Source of the DNA: Pelagomonas calceolata
Lineage: Eukaryota
NCBI GenBank assembly: GCA_918797485.1
Contig: CAKKNE010000002.1
Coordinates: 1,798,001-1,862,000, forward strand
DNA length: 64,000 nucleotides
Direction of reading: 5' to 3'
Under the pieces are notes generated by a model. It did no database searches. It saw only the letters and a program-made list of their open reading frames with translations, and had not been told where the DNA came from. Position 1 is the stretch's first letter, and every line of letters starts with the position of its first letter. Shown here one piece after another: positions 1-10,137 of the stretch. A program made the position numbers and the translations under genes.

Positions 1-831
1 GTCCGCCAACGGCACGTTCGAAAAGGCCTGTTCGGTCACTAATAAAGCCTGGTAGGCCTTGAGTTTGCCCAGCGCGTGCGTGTAGGCCCAGCCGTTCGAC
101 GTGTCCTCGCCGTGGACGACCTCTAATCTTTTCCCGCAGTACTTGAGCAGCTCCGTGTCGCTCCCGAGCGTCAACGGACTTTGATGATCACAAAGCCGCG
201 CGCGGTCGGGCCAGTGCGGCAGCGTCAGCCCAATACCCGCCGCGCACCGCTCCAAGACGACCATGACCTTGTCGGTGTGCGTCGCGTTCTTCGTGGCGAG
301 CACGGGCGACCTCTCGAGCGACGCGAGCCAGGGCGGCCGCCGCAGACCAGGCATGGCCGCCATGACCCTCCGACAGTCGCTCGCGCGGTTCCACTCTCCT
401 TCTAACCGGCTTCGCGCTTGCTGCGCCGCCTCCCTTTCAGCCTCGGTCAACGACCCCGTCTCGCCGCAGACATTATCCAGGGACGTCGACGCGTCTGCGG
501 TGAGGCGCGAGCCGCGCGGCACGCGGAAGTGGGCGCAGCGCCGCGCGGGCGCCTCGGCGTCGGCCTCGGCGAGCGCGTCGCGCCGCACGTCGAACAAATC
601 GGGGGCCGGCTCGCCGGCGAGGCGGCTCGACTTGCGCTCGCCCTCGCGCGGCTCCCAGTCGCGCGGGCGCTTGGGCCGCGGCGCCGCGGCCGGCCGTCTG
701 AGTTGGGGCACGACGACGCCGAGGCCGCCGCCGAGGCCGAGCGACCGCATGAACGCCTCGTTCCGCGCGATGCGCTCGTCGCGCTCGATCTCGTACTGGG
801 ACTTGGGGGGCGGGACGTAGTTTGACGACAT
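1..831 (-). CDS. Hypothetical protein, runs off the window edge (MSSNYVPPPKSQYEIERDERIARNEAFMRSLGL...)
   Basis: ATG at 831 and frame open to position 1 by manual translation. Not in the ORF track because it has no stop in the window. The N-terminal SxYExxRxxRIARNxxxxxSLGL motif is common in eukaryotic nuclear proteins. Confidence 0.7.
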   Translation of the reverse strand, partial: MSSNYVPPPKSQYEIERDERIARNEAFMRSLGLGGGLGVVVPQLRRPAAAPRPKRPRDWEPREGERKSSRLAGEPAPDLFDVRRDALAEADAEAPARRCAHFRVPRGSRLTADASTSLDNVCGETGSLTEAEREAAQQARSRLEGEWNRASDCRRVMAAMPGLRRPPWLASLERSPVLATKNATHTDKVMVVLERCAAGIGLTLPHWPDRARLCDHQSPLTLGSDTELLKYCGKRLEVVHGEDTSNGWAYTHALGKLKAYQALLVTEQAFSNVPLAD

Positions 832-1198
832 CTTACTTGGCGATACGGCGCGGCGCGGCGCCCTTAGGCTGTGAGAGGCTTTGGTATTTTTGAGCTTATT
901 GGCTGCTGCGCGGCGTTTCAGCCAACAATCACGCGCGCAGTGGAAGATACCGACGCGCTGCTGCGTTAAAGCCTGCTGGCTCGTGTGCTATTTGCTGCAC
1001 AGCGGCGTCGCGCGGGCGTTTGGTTTGCCTTGGCTCGCATCCCGCCAATAAGCTGAGCCCCCCCCCGGCCCTCGACCGCATGGACCATTCCCTGGAAGGC
1101 ATTTGGCGTGCAGGTGACGGATCCCCCGATCATGCGTCGCTTCAGGGGCGCTCCCACGCGACGCGCCCCGACGCGACCACAAAAACATATATGGATAC

Positions 1199-2119
1199 TT
1201 ACTTCAGCGAGTTCCCGCTCCCGCTGAAGGCCGCTTTATTGGTTTTGGCCCACTTGTTGGTGGCCGGTCTTCTAAAAGCGGGCTTCTTCTTCGCGGGCGC
1301 GGCTGCCTCCACGGAACCGGACGCGACGGTCTGGCCCGACGACGCCCAGGCCTTGGACTGTTCAGAAGCCGTCGGCGGCTTGGGCATGGCTTCGAGCTGC
1401 GACGCTTGGGTAGCCTTCAGTTCCTTCCCATCTAGGCGTTGCCCACCCCCAGCAAAGGCCTTGAAACTTTCCGTAGGCTTGTTCTCCTCCTCCTCGCGGG
1501 CCTGGGACTTGGCCTTCTGGGGCGCGGGCACGTTCGCCTTCGGGGCCTGGGCTTGAGCCTTGTAGTCGGGCTCTTTATAACCGACAGGCGCGTCGAAGTC
1601 GACGTTACAGTCGCACTCGATGATGCACGCTGCATCTCTTGGCTTCACCTCTTGGACCTCCAGGTAATATCTCCGGTTGTTGTATGGTAAACAAATTTGA
1701 TCACCAACAGTAACGCACGAGAACATCCTTAGTTGTTTCTCTAAGACTGCTCTTGGATTGGAAATGTCCAGAAAGTCGACGTGCTGGGGCTTGAACTTGA
1801 CGAACTTGGCCTTTGGCAGGGAGACGTTTCTTACCGACAGTACTGAACCTTCTTCCAGTAACAGGTTGTTCATCATCCAGTGGGGCAGATACACGTTCCC
1901 TTCCGCGGCCGTGAACTCGAGCACGCCGCAGTGCGTCCGTTTTCCACTCTGGGTCCGTAACTCAAAGAGCATGGGGTAGCTGATCTGTAATCTCGCGAGT
2001 TGTTCGAAGGCCGACGCCGGCAGCAGGATCTTGTCGCCGCCCTCGAGCTGCGGCTTGTCGGCGAAGGCGCCGCTGTAGCAGTGGTACTGCTCGTCGAAGG
2101 GCTCGGTGTGGCCGAACAT
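1199..2119 (-). CDS. UFD1: Ubiquitin fusion degradation protein 1 (Cdc48/p97 cofactor)
   Basis: GDKILLPASA, YPMLFEL, THCGVLEFTA, DFLDISNPRAVLE, DCNVDFDAPVGY, and SHP-box-like FAGGGQRLDG / FSGSGNSL. Confidence 0.97.
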   Translation of the reverse strand: MFGHTEPFDEQYHCYSGAFADKPQLEGGDKILLPASAFEQLARLQISYPMLFELRTQSGKRTHCGVLEFTAAEGNVYLPHWMMNNLLLEEGSVLSVRNVSLPKAKFVKFKPQHVDFLDISNPRAVLEKQLRMFSCVTVGDQICLPYNNRRYYLEVQEVKPRDAACIIECDCNVDFDAPVGYKEPDYKAQAQAPKANVPAPQKAKSQAREEEENKPTESFKAFAGGGQRLDGKELKATQASQLEAMPKPPTASEQSKAWASSGQTVASGSVEAAAPAKKKPAFRRPATNKWAKTNKAAFSGSGNSLK

Positions 2120-2300
2120 GGTGGCTGGGGAGTTCTTTTGTACTGCTGAGTATGACTTGGCGCGCGCGCGCGGCGGCGGCGTACTGCGCTAGGGCTGTAT
2201 TTTTCGACTGATGCTCGACAGCGCGCTTGCCCAGCGGCGCTCGTATGAGCCGTACCGCCCGATTGTGGCGGTGACTTGCCGAGCCTATAAAAATCCGTGG

Positions 2301-2324
2301 GCTAGCGGCCAGTAAGACACTAGC
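2301..2324 (+). promoter_or_regulatory. CTAG-dyad intergenic motif (gctagcggccagtaagacactagc)
   Basis: Near-identical copies in many upstream regions. This one lies between divergent starts at 2119 and 2496. Confidence 0.7.
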
Positions 2325-2495
2325 GACCAGGTGAAAGCAGGTGAATTGTTTTTTAATCGTAGCGGAAACGGGAATATTCGATATATCTTGATGGCGTGTT
2401 GGCGGCCTAGAGGCGAACAACTTCGTGCGACGAATTCGAAAGCGATCTAAAGCGATCGACCCACTCGCCCTGGGGTGACTCGCTGTCGCCGTCGG

Positions 2496-2888
2496 ATGCG
2501 ACGCGCGCTCGTCTTCCTCCTCGGCGCCCTCGGCGCCCGCGACGCTCTCGGTCTATTCGGACCGAAGCCGTGGGCCCGGGGCGCCGCCAGCTCTCGCGCG
2601 GCCGTCGTCGCCTCGACCATAGCCGGGCGCGTCGCGCGGCGCGCGCGACTCACTGGTCAACACGCAGGCTACCTCGAGTGGAGTGCGGTCAACCGTTTTG
2701 ACCGGTGCCTATCCTGCGATTTACTCGAATTCACACCTCGTCCGCACGCAGGCTACTTCTCCGACGTCAACAACCAGGACGCGAAGCTGGCCCGCGACGG
2801 GGACTTCGCCAAGGCCGAGTCCATCGCGTTCATGGACGAGGCCATCGATGGCGAGCTCAAGCTCTTCTCGGTCGCCGATCGCGAGTAG
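2496..2888 (+). CDS. Small putative secreted protein, probably spliced (possible introns 2570-2667 and 2688-2751); 3' end uncertain
   Basis: Signal-peptide-like MRRALVFLLGALGA. Two GT...cacgcag segments can be removed while keeping the frame. Coding-like codon usage at 2752-2885. Confidence 0.45.
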   Translation: MRRALVFLLGALGARDALGLFGPKPWARGAASSRAAVVASTIAGRVARRARLTGQHAGYLEWSAVNRFDRCLSCDLLEFTPRPHAGYFSDVNNQDAKLARDGDFAKAESIAFMDEAIDGELKLFSVADRE

Positions 2889-3544
2889 AGCGCGCGGGTA
2901 AGAATCTCCTTGAAAATTACCACTAATAGACTACACCGGGAGCGCCCCGGAGCCTGCAAACTCGGCTCATCGGAATATGATGAACGAGGTCGCAGATCGC
3001 GCGCATGCGGCCCGTCGAGGCGCGAGAGGGTCGTCGCCGTAGGGCTCGCCTCGCGTTTGTGGACCCGCGGCCGAGGTGTTGGCGCGCGACGCGCCGCGCG
3101 TCAGAGGTCCTCTCCGAAGGTTCCTGGTCGCGTGGCCTCGCGAAGCACTGCTTTGGCGTGCTTCGTAGGACGCGGCGCCGCGGAGGCGCGACCACGCCAT
3201 CAGGTCGCGGTGGCCGCTCGCCTAGTAGTAAAGGTAGCCACATCTCCGCCAGAGAGACCAATTGCGACACTCTGGCCAACATGTCCCCTCAAAGGAGGCC
3301 CTGAGCGCGGTCTGTCTGGAGGCACGGTGTCATAAAGGCACGGCCCACCGGAAGTCATGAGCGGCCTTTGGCGCCCGTGGCGCAGATTTCTCGGAATCTC
3401 CTCGCGATGTGACGCCATCGTAAACCGCGTCGTGTCCATCATGCGATGCGGTCGGCGCACGCCGCACGCGTCCCGCAACGTTGCTCACACGGCGTCGCCG
3501 CGCTCAGGCACCTACAGATGCCGGCGGCCACGAACGCGCAGCAG

Positions 3545-3745
3545 TCATCGCAGCGCGTCGACCGGTTCCTGGCGGTCTGCGCATTGATGCTGGACGTACG
3601 CAGCGATCTCTTGCCTCACCGCGCCGCGCGTCCTGTCGTCCGTGATAGCTGCATCCTCACTCATGCTCGGCGTCGGGTGTATGCACAGCGCGACGACGGC
3701 TTCTTCGTGCGCGCGACGCAGCGCTGCTGCTGTCTCGCTTGACAT
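3545..3745 (-). pseudogene. Short ORF or fragment paralogous to an internal part of the neighbouring PHD protein
   Basis: LRRAHEEAVVALCIHP resembles FTRAHRETVVALALHP in 3905-6676. A dyad motif lies at 3819-3841, just upstream. Confidence 0.4.
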
Positions 3746-3904
3746 GTGACTCCTTGCACCGATTCGTTCTTGTTTGGCTCTCGCAGAGCCGCACACGCAC
3801 GCGACAAGCCATGTGCTTGCTAGTGTCTTACTGCCGCTAGCCGAGCGACTCTCTCCCTCACGAGTCGCCCGGGCCCAAGTACAGTTACAATTATTCTTAC
3901 CAGC

Positions 3905-6676
3905 CTATAAGACGCCCATCCGCTCCATGTTTCGCAATCTCACGGAAGCGGCGTGGACGGTCGAGCCCACGTGCTTGAACCGCGCGTGGCCCGTATAGCG
4001 CTTGATCTCCGCTTTCTCGCGGCGGCCCTTCCAACGATAATAAAGTTCGAAGGGGCGCAGGACGACGGCCTCAATGACGAGCTCGTACTCGGAGAGGACC
4101 GTGTCCACCTTCCAGAGGCGCCGGATCACGCGGTATTGCCGGGCGGTCAGCGCGTCCTCGAGCCCGTAGACCTTCTGAAGGATGTCGGGCCCCGGCCCGT
4201 TCGGGCCGAAAAAGTCGCGCTCGATCTGCGCGACGCGCGCTTTCCCGGCCGTGTGCTTCGCCCGGGCGCCGTAGAAGATCGCCGCGAAACGATCGTCGAC
4301 CTCGCCCATGCCGAGGAGCAGGTCCGGCGGGCACGGCACCGCAAGGTGCCACCGGCGATCCAAATCGACGCCCACTCTGGAGCAGATCAGCCGGTGGCGC
4401 GCCTCGATAATCAGGAACTCCCGCTTCAGCCTCGCCGTGGGCTTCGTCTGCCACGCGCGGCGGCGGTGCAGCCGTTCCCAGTAATCGCGGTAACAGCGGC
4501 TGGACGGCGGCGGGTGGAGCGGCGCGGGCTCGTCCGGGTCGTCGTCGGAGTGGTCGCACTCGGTGCTGTCGGAGTCGGAGGCGTCGTCGTCCGACGGCGG
4601 CGGCGGCGGCGACGCGGCCTTTTTGCGGCGGCTGCGCTTCGAGCTCGACGGGCGGCCGCGCGACTCGCTCGATGCGCTCGGCGAGCGCGGCGGTATCGGC
4701 GATGGCGTCGGCGACCGCTGAGCAGCACCGCGGCCGCGGCCGCCGCGGCGCGCGCGCGCGCCGCGTGGCGACGCGGCCGCCGGTGCCGGGGCAGCTGCCG
4801 CGGCGCGGCGCGGCGGCTGGCGGCGCCGCGCGTTGGCCGCAGCTTCCGGCGCGGCGGCGACGGCGCCATCGCCGCGGCGGCCGTGCGTCGGCGAGATGGG
4901 CATGGCGTCCCGGTCGTCCTGGCCGTCGCTGCCTCTACCAGACGGTTTGGGCTTCTTTGACTTCCTCCCCGCCTTCGCGGACGACGTAGGAGCTGCCGTC
5001 GGCCTCCGTGCCGGCGTCTTGTCTCGAGGCCGCCGCGGCGCGGCGCCCGCGCGCGTGGGCCCGGTCGGCCCGCGGCGGCCCCGCGCCGCCGGCGGCGGCG
5101 GCGCAGGCGCAGGCGCGGGGTCGGCCGCGGCCGTGGCGCCGCGGCGCCGCGACGACGTGGCGGGCGCCGGCGCGCGCGCGGGCGGCACGCGCGGCGCGGG
5201 CGGCTCGCGGCGCCGCGGCGGCGGCCGCGGCGCGGGCGCGGGCGCGGGCACGGCGGCGGCGCCGGGGCCTCGGCGCGCCGCGGCCCCCGCTTCTTGGGAT
5301 CGGCAGCGGATGCACACGTAGTCCTCGGGGCACTCGGCGTCTTCCGCGCCGCCGGCGCACATGGCGTGCTGCCACGTGTTGCACGCCGGACACTCCCACA
5401 TGGCCGAGCCGTCGTCGAAGTTCGTGCCGGACACCCCGCACAAGCAATCAAAGCGCCACGTGGCGGCGCTTTCCACGGGAGTCGGCGCGCGCGCGGCGGG
5501 CGCGCTGCGCCGTCGCGGCGGCGCGGTCGGCGGCGGCGCGGTCGGCAGCGGCGCGGTGCGGTGGCCCCGCCTCGACGCGACCGCCGCCCTGCCGGGCTGG
5601 TTCGGCAGGTGCTCGTCCTTGACGCCGCGCTTGCTCGCCGCGAGGTTTTCCCGCAGCTCCGCGTGGCGCACCGCCTTGCCGCACCTCTTCAGCACGAGGT
5701 CGGCCGCCTTGGCGAGGCCGTTCTTGTCGCGCCGGAAGCGCTGCTTCTTGCGCACGCGCTGGCCGCGCGGGCCCTCGTAGTACCAGACCTCGACCCAGTT
5801 GTCGGGGTCGACCTGGCAGGGGCGAATGCCCGGGCCGAGGCCGAGGGCGCGCCGCAAGGCGCTATATCCACCGCCTTCTCCCACGAGGCCGCGCGGAACG
5901 TACCCGCCCGCCGCCTTCCGCCGCGCCATCTCCGCGATGACCCACTCCTTGAAGGCGCGCTCCTTCTCGGTGCCCACGGGGAGGCGCTTCTCCGCGCCAT
6001 CGTGGTCCGGGTGCAGCGCCAGCGCGACGACCGTCTCTCGATGCGCCCGCGTGAACGCCTCTTCCTCGCAGTCCTCCCGCGTGACCGCGGCCGCGTACCT
6101 TGCGAGTTCTTCGGCCGTCGGCTCGCGGGCGTCGCCGTGCGCGTCGTGGAAGCGCCGTCGCGCCAGGTCCTCCCGCATAGCGTCCGGCGCGAATGAGACA
6201 GAGTGGCGCCCCATCAGGACCGGGTACCAGACACCCTTCCCTCCATTCGACTGGAACGCGAGCACCTCCGCGCCCGTGCCGTCGTCCGACGCGTCCTCGT
6301 CGCGGCCGTCGTTGAAGACGACGGCTACCACCAAGTTTTCGCCCGGGCCGGCGGCGTCGACGCCTTTGTGCCACTTCTCCTTGGGCGGCGCTTTCTCCTC
6401 CGGCTTGCAGGTCTTGAGAATTCTCGTTAGCAGCCCACCGTCGGGCGCCTTGCGCTGGAACGTGATCCCCGGTTCGGTTTTGTTTCTTTCGCCCCACACA
6501 GGACCGGTGCACGTCACGAAGTTCAACAACTCGGTGGATTGTTTCAGCTGGTATTTCTCGCGCGCGATCTTGAGCAGCCGCGCGAGTTCGGGTATGTGCA
6601 AGGGGTTCTTGCTGTTGAACGGCGTCGGCTTTGCTTTTTTTTTGGCATCACCCTTGCGCTGACCCTTAGAGGCCAT
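3905..6676 (-). CDS. PHD-finger protein with a long Pro/Ala/Arg low-complexity linker and possible AP2-like segment
   Basis: C4HC3 pattern CLC...MWECPACNTWQHAMC...YVCIRC. First ATG at 6676 (MASKGQRK). Confidence 0.8.
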   Translation of the reverse strand: MASKGQRKGDAKKKAKPTPFNSKNPLHIPELARLLKIAREKYQLKQSTELLNFVTCTGPVWGERNKTEPGITFQRKAPDGGLLTRILKTCKPEEKAPPKEKWHKGVDAAGPGENLVVAVVFNDGRDEDASDDGTGAEVLAFQSNGGKGVWYPVLMGRHSVSFAPDAMREDLARRRFHDAHGDAREPTAEELARYAAAVTREDCEEEAFTRAHRETVVALALHPDHDGAEKRLPVGTEKERAFKEWVIAEMARRKAAGGYVPRGLVGEGGGYSALRRALGLGPGIRPCQVDPDNWVEVWYYEGPRGQRVRKKQRFRRDKNGLAKAADLVLKRCGKAVRHAELRENLAASKRGVKDEHLPNQPGRAAVASRRGHRTAPLPTAPPPTAPPRRRSAPAARAPTPVESAATWRFDCLCGVSGTNFDDGSAMWECPACNTWQHAMCAGGAEDAECPEDYVCIRCRSQEAGAAARRGPGAAAVPAPAPAPRPPPRRREPPAPRVPPARAPAPATSSRRRGATAAADPAPAPAPPPPAARGRRGPTGPTRAGAAPRRPRDKTPARRPTAAPTSSAKAGRKSKKPKPSGRGSDGQDDRDAMPISPTHGRRGDGAVAAAPEAAANARRRQPPRRAAAAAPAPAAASPRGARARRGGRGRGAAQRSPTPSPIPPRSPSASSESRGRPSSSKRSRRKKAASPPPPPSDDDASDSDSTECDHSDDDPDEPAPLHPPPSSRCYRDYWERLHRRRAWQTKPTARLKREFLIIEARHRLICSRVGVDLDRRWHLAVPCPPDLLLGMGEVDDRFAAIFYGARAKHTAGKARVAQIERDFFGPNGPGPDILQKVYGLEDALTARQYRVIRRLWKVDTVLSEYELVIEAVVLRPFELYYRWKGRREKAEIKRYTGHARFKHVGSTVHAASVRLRNMERMGVL

Positions 6677-6957
6677 GGCTGCGACCGATAGTCCGAAGAA
6701 CGAAAGAATGCACAATTCTGGGCAGCTGGAGCCACCGAGAGCAGCTATACGACGGCTAGTGCTGCAATCGAACAGCGACGACGAGGCGGAAAAAAAGGCG
6801 ACTAGCGTATTGACATACTAGGATCGTGCGAGTCCCACTCTAGTCCAGCCGGACGGGTGGGCCCGGGGGGAGCGGGAGGGGTACGGGGGACCCGCGACGT
6901 AACTAGCCTGAGCCTGAGCTACCGAGCCGCAACAAAGACGCATAACACAAATTAAAA

Positions 6958-8556
6958 TCACGCCCCGTACCGCTCCCGGAGCACGTCGCGCGACAGCAGC
7001 CCGCGCGCGAGGACCGCCCACCGCTGATGGACCTTCGACCGCTTCTGAGAAATAGACTTGCGCTTCGCGACGGCCCGCACGCGCCGCAGCTCCTCCACCA
7101 CTTTGTCCGCATCCTCATCCCGCACCAAGACCCCGTCCTTCCGCGGCCGCGTACACCCCCGGCGCCGGTCGAAGCCGACGAGCACCGGCGCGCACTCTAC
7201 GCTAAGAGAAGCGCACGCCTTCGACGCGTCGTGACCCTTGACCCAGGTCGCGCCCGGCGGCACGCGCCGCGCGTCTCCATTCAAAATCTCGACGTCCCCT
7301 TGCTCGTTGGTGGGAAAGCCCTCATCTATTGAAGCTTGGACGAGGGGCTCGGTCTGGTCCTCGCCGTACAACCCGACGGCCCGGCCCTCGGCCACATCCA
7401 AAGCAACATTTCCCGCCTGAACGATGGGGTCGGCGTCTTCCTGGGACCCGCCCAGAGCACCTCTAGGCTGCTGACCATCTTTCACCCGGCGATGGTGGCG
7501 CGCCCAGTCCGCCTTCGTACGCAGCGTCTCCACATCCTTACGAGCGAAGACGGGCTCGCCGCGAAACGTCGCCACGGGTTGTGCGGAGCCTTTCAATCGC
7601 TCCCTCCTCAAGAGCTGGCTCCGCAGCGCGAACGCGTGATGCGTGCGAAAGGCGCCGATGGACGTCGGTAATGCATCGGGCGCCGGCGCGCGCCAGGGGT
7701 TTGATGAAGACGCGGCGTTGATATCCCGTAAAGCGTCCGCGAGCCACTCGCGCGAAAAGGCCGGCGCGCCTCGCGCGTTGTAATTAACACCGACGTCGTA
7801 CAATGAACCATTCGCGTCGCAGGCCATGATATACGCCCTCGGTTTTAATCTTGTTCGTGTCAGTTGTTCACTCGACAACACACAAGTCCCGGCCGCCGCG
7901 TCCACAAAAACGAAGCGCCGCCCGACGCGCGCCTCGCACCACAGCTCGCCCCGCGCCTTGCCCTTGGTATGAACGTCGAGCTGGCCGACGAGCCGCGCGT
8001 CGACGCCGCAGCCGCGGAGCGCCGCCACCAGCAACATCGCCGCGGCGCCCTCGTCCTTCTCGGCCGGGGTCGCGAGCGCCGCTCGTGCCAACGAAGCGGG
8101 CGCCAGGCCTAGTTTCGTGCCGGGCTTGAGCCCGCGCAGTAGAGTCGAGCGGCAGGCGTGCATCACCGCGGTGACGGCGCCGACGCAGTCGCCCTCGGTC
8201 GCCTCTCTCATATTCCGCCAGGCGCGCCCCGGGACGCAGGCCTCGGCGGCGTCGCGCGCGACGGGGTCGTCGCACCACCTGCTCAGCAGCCGCAGCCGCG
8301 CGAGGAAGTACGCGACCGCGGCCTCGTGCTCGAGCTTCCTTCGCCGCGTCTTCAGTCGGGCGGCCTCCGTCTCCTGCTTGGACCGCCGGCGCTTCTTCTT
8401 CCTGGGCGGCGCTGGCTCCTGGAGCGGCGGCGCTCGCTCCTCGGCCTCGTCGTCCTCCTCGTCCAGTACCGGCTCGCCGTCGGACGAGTCGCCGGCGGCG
8501 TCGCCGGCGGCCCAGTTGACGTTGTCTTCGTCGTCGGACGAGGAGGCTTGCTCCAT
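6958..8556 (-). CDS. XPC: DNA damage recognition protein XPC/Rad4-like
   Basis: Transglutaminase-like LLVAALRGCGVDARLV...WCE, then BHD motifs LPTSIGAFRTHHAFAL, FRGEPVFARKDVETLRT..W, LYGEDQT, PTNEQGDVE, VGFD. Confidence 0.9.
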   Translation of the reverse strand: MEQASSSDDEDNVNWAAGDAAGDSSDGEPVLDEEDDEAEERAPPLQEPAPPRKKKRRRSKQETEAARLKTRRRKLEHEAAVAYFLARLRLLSRWCDDPVARDAAEACVPGRAWRNMREATEGDCVGAVTAVMHACRSTLLRGLKPGTKLGLAPASLARAALATPAEKDEGAAAMLLVAALRGCGVDARLVGQLDVHTKGKARGELWCEARVGRRFVFVDAAAGTCVLSSEQLTRTRLKPRAYIMACDANGSLYDVGVNYNARGAPAFSREWLADALRDINAASSSNPWRAPAPDALPTSIGAFRTHHAFALRSQLLRRERLKGSAQPVATFRGEPVFARKDVETLRTKADWARHHRRVKDGQQPRGALGGSQEDADPIVQAGNVALDVAEGRAVGLYGEDQTEPLVQASIDEGFPTNEQGDVEILNGDARRVPPGATWVKGHDASKACASLSVECAPVLVGFDRRRGCTRPRKDGVLVRDEDADKVVEELRRVRAVAKRKSISQKRSKVHQRWAVLARGLLSRDVLRERYGA

Positions 8557-8940
8557 GCGCGCCAGCCGCTCTGGTGCTCTCGCACCTGTGGTGCTCTCTC
8601 TGCCGCACGCCGCTTCTGGCTTAATTGGCCCGTCGCTTGGATCAATACTGGTGCAAGTGAATCGAAACGCAAGTCAGAGCTGGGCTCTGAGGCGTCGACG
8701 GCGCTGCAGCAATTGCTCCAAAAGCAGCCTGCCAAAAAGACTAGAATTTGTGAAACCGGCGCGCGCGGCGCTAAAATCTGAGCTCGAGCAGCGGCGAAGG
8801 AGAGCAGCGCAGCGCCCAGTCAGGACAACGAGAAGCGCTGCGCAACTTCGACGAGTGTGCAGCAGCCACTGATAGCAACAAGCCAGCACAAGTCCACAGC
8901 CATCGCCGCGCCTACGCCGCGGCACGCCAGCTTATCAAGG

Positions 8941-9966
8941 ATGCGGCTCCTCGCCGCCGCCCTCCTCCTCCACGCCACAAAGGCCGCGGTAACGACGCTC
9001 CTGCCGGGCACGGCCGAGCCCGAGTCGAGCGACTCCGTCAAGTTACTGAAATGGATCAACGAGACGGAAAACGGCTTCGTCCATCCCACCCATTCCGTGA
9101 GACGATTGGGACCGGGCTTCCGCGGCATCTTCGCCCGGACCCCAATCGAGAAGGACGCGGTGCTAGCGGTCATACCGTGGGATTTATGTGTCACGCACCC
9201 CATGGACCAGGACGGCCACTGCGGCTTGTCGCGGAAGGCCGTGGATGCATTGGTGAAAGGCGAGACGCCCTACGCGAAGATGCTCCGGGAGTACGACCCT
9301 AGTCTCCCGAACGACTGGCCGCCGAACGCTCGTCAATCATTAGATGGGTTGCCGCCGGGCGACTGGGACCGGCATTTGAAGTGGTTCGAGGCGGGGTGTC
9401 TCAAAAGAAAAGCAACCGAGGACGAGCGGCGGGGCATGTATCTGATGGTGGCTCGCTCTGGAAGTTCTAGAGCTTATGAACAGGGCGGTTATTTGTTTTT
9501 GGCTCCTTTATATGATTTGTATAATCATAGAAATGGCAAGTATCACAACACGTTGGTGAAGGTCGAGGAAGGTGAAAGTATCTCTATCATCGCGGGCAGG
9601 GACATCAACGCTGGAGAGGAGATTTTCAACACTTACGGCGAGGGTACGTTGGAGTTGTTCCGCGACTACGGGTTTGTCGAGCCGCTACCGCGGGTCTGGA
9701 ACCTGGCTTCGTTAAGGTTTGTCGAGGACGAGGAAGGGCGCGTGACGTGGCCCGCGGCCGGCCCGCCGCGCGGGCCCGCGCGGGACGAGTTTTTGAATAG
9801 GCTCGCCACCCTCAAGCGCGCGCTGAGCGCGCCGCTGCCTTCACCTGATGATGACGCGGAGGCGGCGTTGTTGGAGAGGGCGTCGGCGTTCATCGGCGCG
9901 GTCGGCGGGGCCGTCGACGCGGCGACGGCGGACCTCGCGAACAACCGGCTGAGCGGGGAGCTCTAA
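8941..9966 (+). CDS. SET-domain lysine methyltransferase with signal peptide and C-terminal -GEL
   Basis: RGIFARTPI, PLYDLYNH, EEIFNTYG, LFRDYGFVE; hydrophobic N-terminus MRLLAAALLLHATKA. Confidence 0.85.
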   Translation: MRLLAAALLLHATKAAVTTLLPGTAEPESSDSVKLLKWINETENGFVHPTHSVRRLGPGFRGIFARTPIEKDAVLAVIPWDLCVTHPMDQDGHCGLSRKAVDALVKGETPYAKMLREYDPSLPNDWPPNARQSLDGLPPGDWDRHLKWFEAGCLKRKATEDERRGMYLMVARSGSSRAYEQGGYLFLAPLYDLYNHRNGKYHNTLVKVEEGESISIIAGRDINAGEEIFNTYGEGTLELFRDYGFVEPLPRVWNLASLRFVEDEEGRVTWPAAGPPRGPARDEFLNRLATLKRALSAPLPSPDDDAEAALLERASAFIGAVGGAVDAATADLANNRLSGEL

Positions 9967-10137
9967 CTCTAGATTCTGTAGGTAGCTACGCCTGCGAAAC
10001 CCGTTTTGTTTGCTGAATTCCTGCGGCGCCGGTGCGCGACGCGACGGCGTACCGCTCGCAATTACCACCGCGCACAGTCACCAGTGGTCGCCGAACACCA
10101 AACGTCTCTAAGAAGGCTGCCCCATGGCCGGCACGCG

